IMG/VR virus record: IMGVR_UViG_3300036985_004505
Location: 785 to 64,784 of that record
DNA length: 64,000 bases
DNA from: a virus
Lineage: Duplodnaviria; Caudoviricetes
Strand: one strand, 5' to 3'
Shown here piece after piece: positions 56,188 through 64,000 of the stretch. The notes beneath the pieces were generated by a model. The model had not been told where the DNA came from, did not search any database, and saw only the letters and a program-made list of their open reading frames with translations. The stretch's first letter is position 1. Each line of letters starts with the position of its first letter. Both the position numbers and the translations under genes were made by a program.

Positions 56188-57495
56188 ATGTTTGGTTTCG
56201 ACTCATATAATCAATTAACAAACGCTGGTTTAAACTATGTTGGAACTTGGAACGCATCGACTAATATACCTTTGCTTACAAGCGGAGTTGGTACACAAGG
56301 CGACTATTACATAGTAAATGTTGGTGGCAATACTAACTTAGATGGAGTAAACGATTGGAGCGTTGGCGATTGGGCTATATTCAACGGCACTACTTGGCAA
56401 AAAATAGATAATAGCGGAATAAGTTATCAAGGTAACTGGGATGCCTTAACTAATAACCCTTTTTTACAAAGTAGCGTTGGTTTTGATGGACATTTTTATA
56501 TTGTTAATGTTGCTGGTAGTACAAATTTAAACGGCATTACATCGTGGAATATAGGGGATTGGGCTATATTTACCTCTGGCGTTTGGTTAAAAATAGACAA
56601 TTCAAGCGGTCTTAATACTATTGTAACAGATAATGCAACAATAATAGGTAACGGCACGTTAGCAACCCCTTTAGAAGTAGGTGCTTTAAATAATTCGGCA
56701 AATGATAAGTTTATGGTTTTTGGCTCAAGTCAATGGGGTACAGTTGCACCATTAACAAATTTATTAAATGGTCAAACGGCAAATGGTTTCGCTTTTTTTA
56801 CCGATGGCGGTAGCAAAGTAGTTGATGGAACAACACCCTATGATGAGTATTTTATTTACGCTGGTAGAACAATAACTTTAACTGGTACGTCTGGTAGTGC
56901 AAACATAAACATTTTAGGCACTAATTATTTAGCAACTTTTACAACCAACCTTACAACTACCGCAAATAATTTTGTTACCGCTTATCAAGCTACTTTATTA
57001 GCTTTAGGCATACAAGTTTATGCAAATTTAGGAGTTTTAAAGTTTGGTAGAAAGTCAGATAGTTTAGGTGGTTCGGCAGTTTTATCAGCTATTACAATTA
57101 CTAATGTTATAGCAAATCTTAGCGGAACTTTAGGGGTTGTAACAAACGACCATACTGTTATACCATATTTAGGGCGACCTTATGAAAATTTAAGATTAAA
57201 TCACACTATTAGAGTTAATTTTAATATTGGTTTAGGGAATACTCAAACGCTATCTTTACAATTACTCAGATGGCAAGACGATTCAATTATTGGTTCAGTT
57301 ATAGCAGTTGATAGAAATAATGATATAACTGGAGTACAAGAAGTTTTTAATTCATATACTGCTAATGCTAACGACCCATTTGTTACTGGCGGTTTTTACT
57401 TTGCTTTAGTTAATAATACTGGTGTAACGATTGGTATATTAGGCAACGCTGGAATATTAATACAAACAACTTACCAAAAACTATGTAATTTCTAA
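56188..57495 (+). CDS. fibre/receptor-binding-like protein with a duplicated Trp-rich module
   Basis: Two copies of Y.G.W.A.TN.P.L.S.VG..G..YIVNV.G.TNL.G...W..GDWAIF....W.KIDN. Confidence 0.65.
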   Translation: MFGFDSYNQLTNAGLNYVGTWNASTNIPLLTSGVGTQGDYYIVNVGGNTNLDGVNDWSVGDWAIFNGTTWQKIDNSGISYQGNWDALTNNPFLQSSVGFDGHFYIVNVAGSTNLNGITSWNIGDWAIFTSGVWLKIDNSSGLNTIVTDNATIIGNGTLATPLEVGALNNSANDKFMVFGSSQWGTVAPLTNLLNGQTANGFAFFTDGGSKVVDGTTPYDEYFIYAGRTITLTGTSGSANINILGTNYLATFTTNLTTTANNFVTAYQATLLALGIQVYANLGVLKFGRKSDSLGGSAVLSAITITNVIANLSGTLGVVTNDHTVIPYLGRPYENLRLNHTIRVNFNIGLGNTQTLSLQLLRWQDDSIIGSVIAVDRNNDITGVQEVFNSYTANANDPFVTGGFYFALVNNTGVTIGILGNAGILIQTTYQKLCNF

Positions 57496-57498
57496 AAT

Positions 57499-57708
57499 AT
57501 GAAAAAAATCATTAAAAACTATTATGCTCCAACGCCAAAAAAGTGGCGTAAAATAGGGGATATGTTATTGGCTTTAAGTTTGTATGCACAAACGCAAGAG
57601 GCTTTTACAGTACATACTAAATTAATGACTGGAGTTGCCATTGTTGGCTTAGTAGGTAAATTTTTGACTAACTTTTTTACAGAAGAACCCCAAAATGATA
57701 AAGCCTAA
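57499..57708 (+). CDS. putative holin
   Basis: PTPKKWRKIGD N-terminus and two hydrophobic segments, directly before the endolysin. Confidence 0.6.
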   Translation: MKKIIKNYYAPTPKKWRKIGDMLLALSLYAQTQEAFTVHTKLMTGVAIVGLVGKFLTNFFTEEPQNDKA

Positions 57709-58300
57709 TTGGTTATATGATAATAGGTACTTTATTGGCGGTGGATTAACCCTTGCCGTAATTGGTGTAACCTTGTACTTGAACCGCAAAAAAGTAGAAA
57801 AATTAAGTAGTGATGTTATGGAGTATGCAAAAAATAAAGTTTGGGATTTAACCTCTGAAAATAAAATAAATACATTGCACCCAAAAATAAGGGATAAGGC
57901 AAGGGAATTTATTAATCGTGTAGAAAAAGAATTGGGTATTAAGTTGCGTGTAACAAGTGGGTTTAGAACTTATGCTGAGCAAGATAAACTATATGCACAA
58001 GGCAGAACCGCTCCAGGGAGTATTGTTACTAAAGCAAAGGGCGGTCAATCAAACCACAATTTCGGTACTGCTTTTGATGTAGTGCCTATTGTAAATGGAA
58101 GTGCCGATTGGAAAACAACCGCAGATACGTGGAATAAAATTGCAAAAGTGGGCAAGGAAATTGGTTTTAGTTGGGGTGGTGATTGGCAAACATTTACCGA
58201 TAAGCCACATTTTGAAATGCAATTTGGTAACAGTTTAGCACAATTACGGAAAAAATACGAAAGTGGGCAAAAAGATGGTGAATATGTAAAATTAGCATAA
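57695..58300 (+). CDS. M15 (L-Ala-D-Glu type) peptidase endolysin with an N-terminal TM
   Basis: SGFRTYAEQDKLYAQGRT, SNHNFGTAFD, WGGDW, DKPHFE. Confidence 0.9.
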   Translation: MIKPNWLYDNRYFIGGGLTLAVIGVTLYLNRKKVEKLSSDVMEYAKNKVWDLTSENKINTLHPKIRDKAREFINRVEKELGIKLRVTSGFRTYAEQDKLYAQGRTAPGSIVTKAKGGQSNHNFGTAFDVVPIVNGSADWKTTADTWNKIAKVGKEIGFSWGGDWQTFTDKPHFEMQFGNSLAQLRKKYESGQKDGEYVKLA

Positions 58301-58308
58301 AAATAAAA

Positions 58309-58680
58309 ATGGAACATTCAACGGCAGTATTAAAACTTTGGCAAAAATTATTTAACGCAAATGACTTGCGTATTGTAAACACTTATAGTGACGATGCGGT
58401 ATTTTTAGGCACGTTTGCCAAAACTATCAAAAAAGGTAGGGGTGCAATTTCACCTTATTTTGTTGGCTTGTTTAAAAAGGAAAATTTAAAGGTAGATTTT
58501 ACTAATGAAATTTATGTAAACGATATTGAGGATGGGTACATTATTTCGGGTATTTACATTTTTAGTTATACCGAAAGCGGTGAAAATAAAAAAGTAAGGG
58601 CAAGGTATTCTTTTACTATTCAATATATAGGCGGTAAGCCTTTTATTATTAACCAACATTCATCAATAGTTCCTGAATGA
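58309..58680 (+). CDS. NTF2/SnoaL-like protein
   Basis: YSDDAVFLGT...I..YF...SGIY.F...ARYSF...I..HSS. Confidence 0.75.
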   Translation: MEHSTAVLKLWQKLFNANDLRIVNTYSDDAVFLGTFAKTIKKGRGAISPYFVGLFKKENLKVDFTNEIYVNDIEDGYIISGIYIFSYTESGENKKVRARYSFTIQYIGGKPFIINQHSSIVPE

Positions 58681-59015
58681 TTTTAGGTAAAAAAGATATT
58701 GTAATTATTGTTTTGTGTATTTTATTATTGATTGTTGGGTATATTGCCTACCAACCTGAGCCGATTAACGGATATGATGCAATATTAACCGCTGAAGTAA
58801 ATAGGTTAAATGGCTTAAATGAACAAGCGGTTGCCTTAATACAAGAGCGTGATGCAAAAATAGATAAATTTACCTTGCAAATAGATAGTTTACAAAAACT
58901 TAAACCAAAAATACAAATTGAATATGTTTCCAAGTACAAAGAAATTAACGATGCCAATGCTAATAGCGTTGCTAATGAATTTAAACGCATTTTCGCAAAC
59001 GCTGGTATTAAATAA
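58677..59015 (+). CDS. i-spanin-like protein
   Basis: N-terminal TM plus a coiled coil, within the lysis cassette. Confidence 0.55.
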   Translation: MILGKKDIVIIVLCILLLIVGYIAYQPEPINGYDAILTAEVNRLNGLNEQAVALIQERDAKIDKFTLQIDSLQKLKPKIQIEYVSKYKEINDANANSVANEFKRIFANAGIK

Positions 59016-59358
59016 AAAAGATACAACTATCTGCTTTAGCATAAACCAAGCGAAATACTTACTAAAAGAGCAGTATAAATTGCAAGAGTGCCAAGCGTTA
59101 TTGAACATTTGTGAAACCCAAAAAACGCTTTTAGATAGCGTAATTGCAAACCAACGGCTAAACGCCAATAATTTAAAAAGCGTTATCTTTAACCAAAAAA
59201 CGCTAATTTCTTATAAGGACTTAGAAATAACCTCGTGTAATGACAAAATTGCCTACGAACAAAAAAAAGTTCGTAAGCAAAAAGTTTATAAGTGGCTCGC
59301 TATTGGGGGCGGTTGTTTGCTGAGCGGATATTTAGGGTATAAGTACCTAACTAAATAA
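58918..59358 (+). CDS. spanin partner-like protein
   Basis: Overlaps the previous gene. Signal-like N-terminus, coiled coil, C-terminal TM. Confidence 0.5.
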   Translation: MNMFPSTKKLTMPMLIALLMNLNAFSQTLVLNKKDTTICFSINQAKYLLKEQYKLQECQALLNICETQKTLLDSVIANQRLNANNLKSVIFNQKTLISYKDLEITSCNDKIAYEQKKVRKQKVYKWLAIGGGCLLSGYLGYKYLTK

Positions 59359-59495
59359 AATAGCAATCGTCATCGCCTTCCTCGTCATCTTCCGATGCCT
59401 TTTTACCCCAATACCATAATACCAATATAGCGGTAAAAAAAAGGAATAGAATAGTGCGTAGAGGGTGCTCGTTAATAAGGTTAATTATTTGCATA

Positions 59496-60149
59496 TTATT
59501 TTTTGTCTAAAATTTGTTCTATTATGTTTGGCTCGCCATCAGTGTTTATGGTGTTTAAAAGGGTTTTTTCTTCATCTATAATTTTATTTTTTTCAATTAT
59601 AAATAACCCAGTATTTGTATGGGTATGCCTTTCGGGTGCGGTTTGGTAAAAACTTTCTAAAAACTTTTCAAACTCTAAAACTTGTTTATCGCTAAAGTTT
59701 GATAAAACGATGCCTCGGCTATCGGGTAATTTGAAAGAATCGCAAATATCCAAATTTATGTAATGGTAATTTTCATTAATTTTACCATCAAGCCTAACAA
59801 GGTCAGTTTGTAGCTCAATATTTTTACCTAACGATTGTATATCCATACGAGTTTCCCTATCGGTTTCTAATAGGTTACTTATACACTTTAAACAATGTAA
59901 CACAGTAGCGTGGTCATATTGCATCTGCCGACCTATATACAACAATGTAGCTTTCGGTAATAATTTTCGCATAAAGTAAACGCTGGCTTGTTTCATTTTA
60001 ATTACTTGCCGTTTCCTACTTTTGCTTTGATAAGCCGTAAGCGGTAATTCATAATAGCTTGATACGAGTGTTTTTACAAGGTCGCATATTTGGTTTGAGT
60101 AAGCCTCTTTCTGACACATTGCCTCAATTGATGGTTTTTCTTGTTTCAT
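59496..60149 (-). CDS. stand-alone DnaA domain IV-like HTH protein
   Basis: SKSRKRQV...KQ..VYFMR......L..IG....YDHATVLH is the DnaA C-terminal signature. Confidence 0.8.
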   Translation of the reverse strand: MKQEKPSIEAMCQKEAYSNQICDLVKTLVSSYYELPLTAYQSKSRKRQVIKMKQASVYFMRKLLPKATLLYIGRQMQYDHATVLHCLKCISNLLETDRETRMDIQSLGKNIELQTDLVRLDGKINENYHYINLDICDSFKLPDSRGIVLSNFSDKQVLEFEKFLESFYQTAPERHTHTNTGLFIIEKNKIIDEEKTLLNTINTDGEPNIIEQILDKK

Positions 60150-60400
60150 TATTCTTGTTGGTTATGTAGGTTATCTAAACAATCTGACTCTATAGAGCCA
60201 AAATCAAAATTTTCTTTATCAAGCATTTCTGTAATATTAACGCCTTGCCACGAAACTTCGTGTATTTCAAATTCAGGTGGTTCGGGTGGGTCTCCTGGGT
60301 CGCCATTTGCTCTGTAAAAACTTCCTGGACTACCCTTATCGTATGTACCCTCTACCTCTACTTCTATTTCAAGGTATAATTTCACTGTTACTTTTGTCAT
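60149..60400 (-). CDS. hypothetical phage protein
   Basis: GDPGDPPEPPEFEI motif. Confidence 0.7.
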   Translation of the reverse strand: MTKVTVKLYLEIEVEVEGTYDKGSPGSFYRANGDPGDPPEPPEFEIHEVSWQGVNITEMLDKENFDFGSIESDCLDNLHNQQE

Positions 60401-60405
60401 ATTTA

Positions 60406-60645
60406 TTAGTTGTTGGTTACTGAATTTATTAATATTTTTCTTGCTTTTGAAAACCCTTCTTTTCGGTTTAATTTCAGTTGGTTAATTTCGGCTATTATTT
60501 TAAGTGCATCAATCACGTAGCAGATTGGCGAATTTTTCAGGTTGCTTTGTATGGCGGTTGCTATTAAGCAGTTTTCTAAACTCGGATAAATTGATTCTTG
60601 TGGGTGGTACTCCTTATAAAATACCACAATTTTTTTATGGCTCAT
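60406..60645 (-). CDS. hypothetical protein
   Basis: 79 aa, with a TAACTTTG box upstream on the minus strand. Confidence 0.55.
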   Translation of the reverse strand: MSHKKIVVFYKEYHPQESIYPSLENCLIATAIQSNLKNSPICYVIDALKIIAEINQLKLNRKEGFSKARKILINSVTNN

Positions 60646-60677
60646 CTTAGTTGTTTTTAAGCAAAGTTAATAAAAAG

Positions 60678-61049
60678 TTAGGAACTACACTCGCACCAAT
60701 TTAAAGTACCCTTAGAAACGCTTATTTTAGTTTCATTTACGCTACCTACTAAGCGGATGGTTAAACTAAGTGCTATGGTGTTTTCGGGTGTAATATCATT
60801 CGTAAAGCTAATGAACTTGGTGCGTTTTGGTGTGTACTTTCGTAGCACGTTTTTAACATACTTTTGGTAGTCGCTAAATAACTCGTAATGTTGCTCTTCT
60901 ATCCACCTATCGTGAATAAATAGTAGTAGGCTACCCAAAGATTTTTTATCACCCTTGTTAAGTAGCTTTGTTATGGTTTGTGCGGTTGTTTCTATTTGCA
61001 TTTTTAGTCGGTTTAGAAGTGTTATTAAACGCAAAAGAGGGGTTTGCAC
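60678..61049 (-). CDS. hypothetical protein
   Basis: ORF. The true start may be the internal MQIETT. Confidence 0.55.
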   Translation of the reverse strand: MQTPLLRLITLLNRLKMQIETTAQTITKLLNKGDKKSLGSLLLFIHDRWIEEQHYELFSDYQKYVKNVLRKYTPKRTKFISFTNDITPENTIALSLTIRLVGSVNETKISVSKGTLNWCECSS

Positions 61050-61072
61050 CCCCCTTTGTTATTGCGGTGTTC

Positions 61073-61429
61073 TTATTGCTTGTATTGTGGTAGTTTTTCT
61101 ATACGTTCATCAAGCAAGTTAAATAGTTGGTCAATGTAAACATCGTTGATGGTTTCTTTAATAACCCCCTTTGTGCTTGTAAGGTAAACATCAAACAAAT
61201 CAAGACCATTTAAAACGATATAAACGCACCCCTTATGGTAGTGTCCGTTCACTTTAAATTTAAACGCTTTGTCTTTGTAGTTAGAAAAGTTGGTTGCACC
61301 CCACGACCAAAATAGGTAGGTGTGCATACGAAAGTAGTCAAGGATTTCATTGCAATTAAACTCCCTTGTAGTTTTCGTGATTTCTTCAATGTTAATTGTG
61401 TTGGCGGTTGGTGTGGTTGTTTGTTTCAT
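61073..61429 (-). CDS. hypothetical Bacteroidota phage protein
   Basis: FWSWGA...FKVNG..HKG.VYI.L...DLF.V...IDQL...D..IE. Start re-assigned to ATG 61429. Confidence 0.7.
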   Translation of the reverse strand: MKQTTTPTANTINIEEITKTTREFNCNEILDYFRMHTYLFWSWGATNFSNYKDKAFKFKVNGHYHKGCVYIVLNGLDLFDVYLTSTKGVIKETINDVYIDQLFNLLDERIEKLPQYKQ

Positions 61430-61520
61430 ATTGTTATGTTTTTTGAAGTGATTTTTAGACGATTTAAGCGGATTAAAAAGGGGATACATACTTGTACCCC
61501 CCTTTGTGTGTTTAGGTGTT

Positions 61521-61859
61521 CTATTCCTCGGTTTCAAGCGTTTCAATAAACTCCTTAACTTCATACCATACATCGTCAAATATGCTATCGGTATCAAAGT
61601 TAAAATCGCTTATTTCAATTTCGTTACCATTACGGATATCAAACTCAAAGCCATCGCAAATATTATCTTTATCAATGTTTTCAATAGCATTTCGTATGTT
61701 ACGCTTTAACCCATCAAGTTGCGTTTGGGTTATTTTAACGCTTGTATCATCAATATCAGCAAGTACCCTAAGCACATCTTCTTTGGTGTACATAGTTGCG
61801 TATTGGTTAGTGTCCGTTACAATTTTAACGATTTCTGAAAGGGGTTTTTTTGTGTTCAT
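61521..61859 (-). CDS. acidic hypothetical protein
   Basis: 112 aa ORF. Confidence 0.65.
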   Translation of the reverse strand: MNTKKPLSEIVKIVTDTNQYATMYTKEDVLRVLADIDDTSVKITQTQLDGLKRNIRNAIENIDKDNICDGFEFDIRNGNEIEISDFNFDTDSIFDDVWYEVKEFIETLETEE

Positions 61860-61884
61860 TTTTTTATGTTTTAGGGGTTAATTT

Positions 61885-62073
61885 TTAGTTGGTTTTTTCA
61901 ATAATTGTTAGGTTCATTTGTTCCGCTACATAGTTGATATGTTTGCTTGTTGTTGCACCCCACCATCCTAAACGTGTAAGGGTTTTATCGGTGCGATTAA
62001 TGGTTGCAACGTGTGTAGTGTAGCTGATAACTTTATCACCTTGTATTGTTAAATTTTGCTTGTACTTATCCAT
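61885..62073 (-). CDS. hypothetical phage protein
   Basis: SYTTHVA.I...W..TTSKHINY motif. Confidence 0.7.
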   Translation of the reverse strand: MDKYKQNLTIQGDKVISYTTHVATINRTDKTLTRLGWWGATTSKHINYVAEQMNLTIIEKTN

Positions 62074-62164
62074 TTTAAAATTGTTTTTGAAGTGATTTTT
62101 AGACGATTTAAAGAACTTAAAAGGAGCAAGGGTGTTATACCCTCACTCCTCGTGGTTTGGTGTG

Positions 62165-62788
62165 TTACGCTTTAGCTTTAGCGGTTGCTTTCACCTTTGC
62201 GGTTGGTGTGCTTGGTGTGGGTGTTGTTGGTGCGGTTGGTGTGGGTGTTACTACCTTTACTTCCTTCACATTTGCGGTTGGTATCGGTGCTGGTTTCGGC
62301 TTTTCAGCTACCCCTATTTTCGTTAGCTTGTAAGTGTATGTACTTCGTACGTTTTCAGTTGGTTTACCCATTGCATCGTACAAGTACATTCTTAGTCTAC
62401 TTTTACCACTACTCTTCACAATTCGTAACCTAAACACTTCTCCCGTTACTATTTCAGCCTCCTCGTTTACAAAGGTACATACATCACCTATGCTTATACC
62501 GAAGTGGTTGCTTTCATCAACCTTTTGCTTTGTGGTGGTAGTGGTGGTCGTTTTAATAGGTGTGGGTGTTGGTATTGGTGTAGTGTTCGCCTTTACAATT
62601 TTCATCGCTTGTTCTAAGGGTGTTTGTGTGGGTGTTGGTGTGGGTGTTGCATTCGCTTTTGCAATGTCCTCTTGTGCTTTCAACTTCGCAAGGTAGTTGG
62701 GTGAGAATTGCGGTTGAGCTTTTACGCTTGTTTGTGTGTTAGCGTTTGTGTTTGTGTTTGCTGGTGTTGTTGTGGTTGATTTTTTCAT
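62165..62788 (-). CDS. Thr/Pro-rich early protein
   Basis: Start re-assigned to ATG 62788, downstream of a TACATTTG box on the minus strand. Confidence 0.65.
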   Translation of the reverse strand: MKKSTTTTPANTNTNANTQTSVKAQPQFSPNYLAKLKAQEDIAKANATPTPTPTQTPLEQAMKIVKANTTPIPTPTPIKTTTTTTTKQKVDESNHFGISIGDVCTFVNEEAEIVTGEVFRLRIVKSSGKSRLRMYLYDAMGKPTENVRSTYTYKLTKIGVAEKPKPAPIPTANVKEVKVVTPTPTAPTTPTPSTPTAKVKATAKAKA

Positions 62789-62969
62789 TTTTTTTTTGGT
62801 TTTTTGGTTTATAATTTTTCTGATTAATTTTGGATTGCATTTTGCTTTCCGATGCACAAATGTACAACAATGGTTTGGAACCGCAATGAGTTTGGTTAAA
62901 AAAAAGTTAGTAATTGTATGTAACTCACTGGTAATCAGCACAATAAAATTGAGTTGGTTTGGTAGCTTA

Positions 62970-63260
62970 ACCCCCGATTACCTCCCCTTTTACCCCACCC
63001 CACCCTCTTCATTTTGGTTTCGTTTTGTGTTTGATTTACCCCCCTTTTTTACCCCAACGAACCCCCCTACTTTTACCCCCAAACGAACCCCTACTTTTAC
63101 CGCTACCCTACCCCCCTTATTCACGTGCATCGTTACACAAACATACAACATAAATACGACATATCCTAATACGCACACACATACGAGTAAAACACGCATA
63201 CACGCATCGTAATACGCACACGCACACGCATACACACATTCGGGTACACGCATACGGATA
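62970..63260. repeat. non-coding tract of C-runs and ACACGC/ATACGC-type short repeats
   Basis: Repeated TTTACCCC and AACGAACCCC..TACTTTTACC, followed by tandem CACGCATA/CACGCACA units. Confidence 0.7.
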
Positions 63261-63295
63261 GCGAACCCATATTTTTCTGTTTTAATTTACTAAAT

Positions 63296-63985
63296 TTATT
63301 TACCTATGATTTTAAATATTTCGTCTTTAGTGAACCCTAACTTAGTAAGTTCAATAACCCTATCCATTGTGGCTTGTTTTTCCCTCTCTAAAGCAATTAA
63401 TTTATCGGTTGTGGGTATTGTACTCGGTTGGGTTGGTAAAGTTGGCGTAGAGGGTTGTTTTTGTGCTCCTTGCTCTTGCCTTGCCCCTGGAATTATAACA
63501 TAATCTACATACGTTTTGTTATCGGTTTTTTGTTTACCCTTTTCATCTTCCTCTATTTGGAAGTAAGCCCACGGACTTTCGCTATAATGCACACGAAAAT
63601 ATCGGTAACATTTCTCGTTCCAGAATAACTCCGCCTCATCGCTGTTGCCACTAAACCCAAACTCCTGAAAACCATCGTCAAAACGGAAAGTTATCTCTAC
63701 GTTGTCAAAAATTGGCATCTTTATTTCGTCTAAAAAGTTCCACCACGCAAAGTTTTCACCGCTTGGAAATTTCTTTTTTATGCCGTCATCTACAAAATCC
63801 TTGTATAAAACATCAATATTTTGGGCAACAAACTTTAAGTCGTAACCCTTCGTTTTTTCGCTTAATACAGAGCACTTTTTAGCGAATTCACCCTTTGCCC
63901 ACTTTACATTATGTTCCTTGCCGTAGCTACTCAATATACCCTGAAGTACATTGTATCTATTGGGTTTTCTTGGCGTCTTATTCAC
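63296..63985 (-). CDS. hypothetical protein
   Basis: 229 aa ORF with a GTG start and an A-rich leader. Confidence 0.7.
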   Translation of the reverse strand: MNKTPRKPNRYNVLQGILSSYGKEHNVKWAKGEFAKKCSVLSEKTKGYDLKFVAQNIDVLYKDFVDDGIKKKFPSGENFAWWNFLDEIKMPIFDNVEITFRFDDGFQEFGFSGNSDEAELFWNEKCYRYFRVHYSESPWAYFQIEEDEKGKQKTDNKTYVDYVIIPGARQEQGAQKQPSTPTLPTQPSTIPTTDKLIALEREKQATMDRVIELTKLGFTKDEIFKIIGK

Positions 63986-64000
63986 GCTTTTTTTTGATTT

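Larger units (their letters stand above)
61440..62111 (-). repeat. 28-bp exact direct repeat in two gene leaders
   Basis: TTTTTGAAGTGATTTTTAGACGATTTAA at 61440-61467 and 62084-62111. Confidence 0.85.

Noticed and set aside
3017-62696. Numerous antisense or alternate-frame ORFs in the track (for example 8541-8975, 31545-32000, 48473-49117, 62334-62696)
   Set aside because: They are nested opposite or within well-supported genes and look like shadow ORFs.
61073-62941. Track starts at 61597 and 62941 (also 7787, 9581, 11622, 29937, 33041)
   Set aside because: The extensions overlap promoters or neighbouring genes. Downstream ATGs with A-rich leaders fit better.
62736-63253. ORFs 62736-63212 (+) and 62990-63253 (-)
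   Set aside because: They are translations of low-complexity repeats (VCVCV, TPTF) spanning a promoter region and lack typical leaders.
1-64000. tRNA, rRNA, integrase, transposase, DNA polymerase or primase genes
   Set aside because: None is recognisable by eye. They may lie outside the window, and tRNAscan or HMM searches would be needed to exclude them.

Overview
This is an AT-rich, densely coding viral (phage) genome segment. The host is probably Bacteroidota, judging from recurrent TAnnTTTG -7 promoter boxes (some with TTTG 19 nt upstream) and A-rich leaders without Shine-Dalgarno motifs. Layout: (i) about 0.5-18.6 kb, early and replication genes: DUF932, a DenV-like glycosylase, two tandem TET/JBP dioxygenases plus a P-loop kinase, a DUF3127 SSB, DnaB, a RecE-like exonuclease with a putative annealase, HNH, RusA, and arrays of micro-genes joined by direct repeats. 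(ii) About 18.7-29.5 kb, large 'polyvalent'-type proteins (ART-like, PcfJ-like) and a MoxR AAA+/vWA pair. (iii) About 30.7-57.5 kb, a virion module with an FtsK/HerA-type packaging ATPase, two paralogous beta-rich capsid candidates, many single-pass membrane proteins, a zincin, a membrane-anchored lysozyme and spike-like proteins. (iv) A lysis cassette. (v) A minus-strand early block next to a G-rich, repetitive non-coding tract. I recognise no terminase, portal, HK97 capsid, tape measure or tail tube, so the best reading is a large tailless, membrane-containing virus. Its structural proteins share recurring short motifs ([FY]x[NSG][AF]xG in one set, [FYM]xxGG in another) that may be processing or sorting signals. 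All family calls come from motif recognition by eye, not from searches, and the window is probably not the whole genome.
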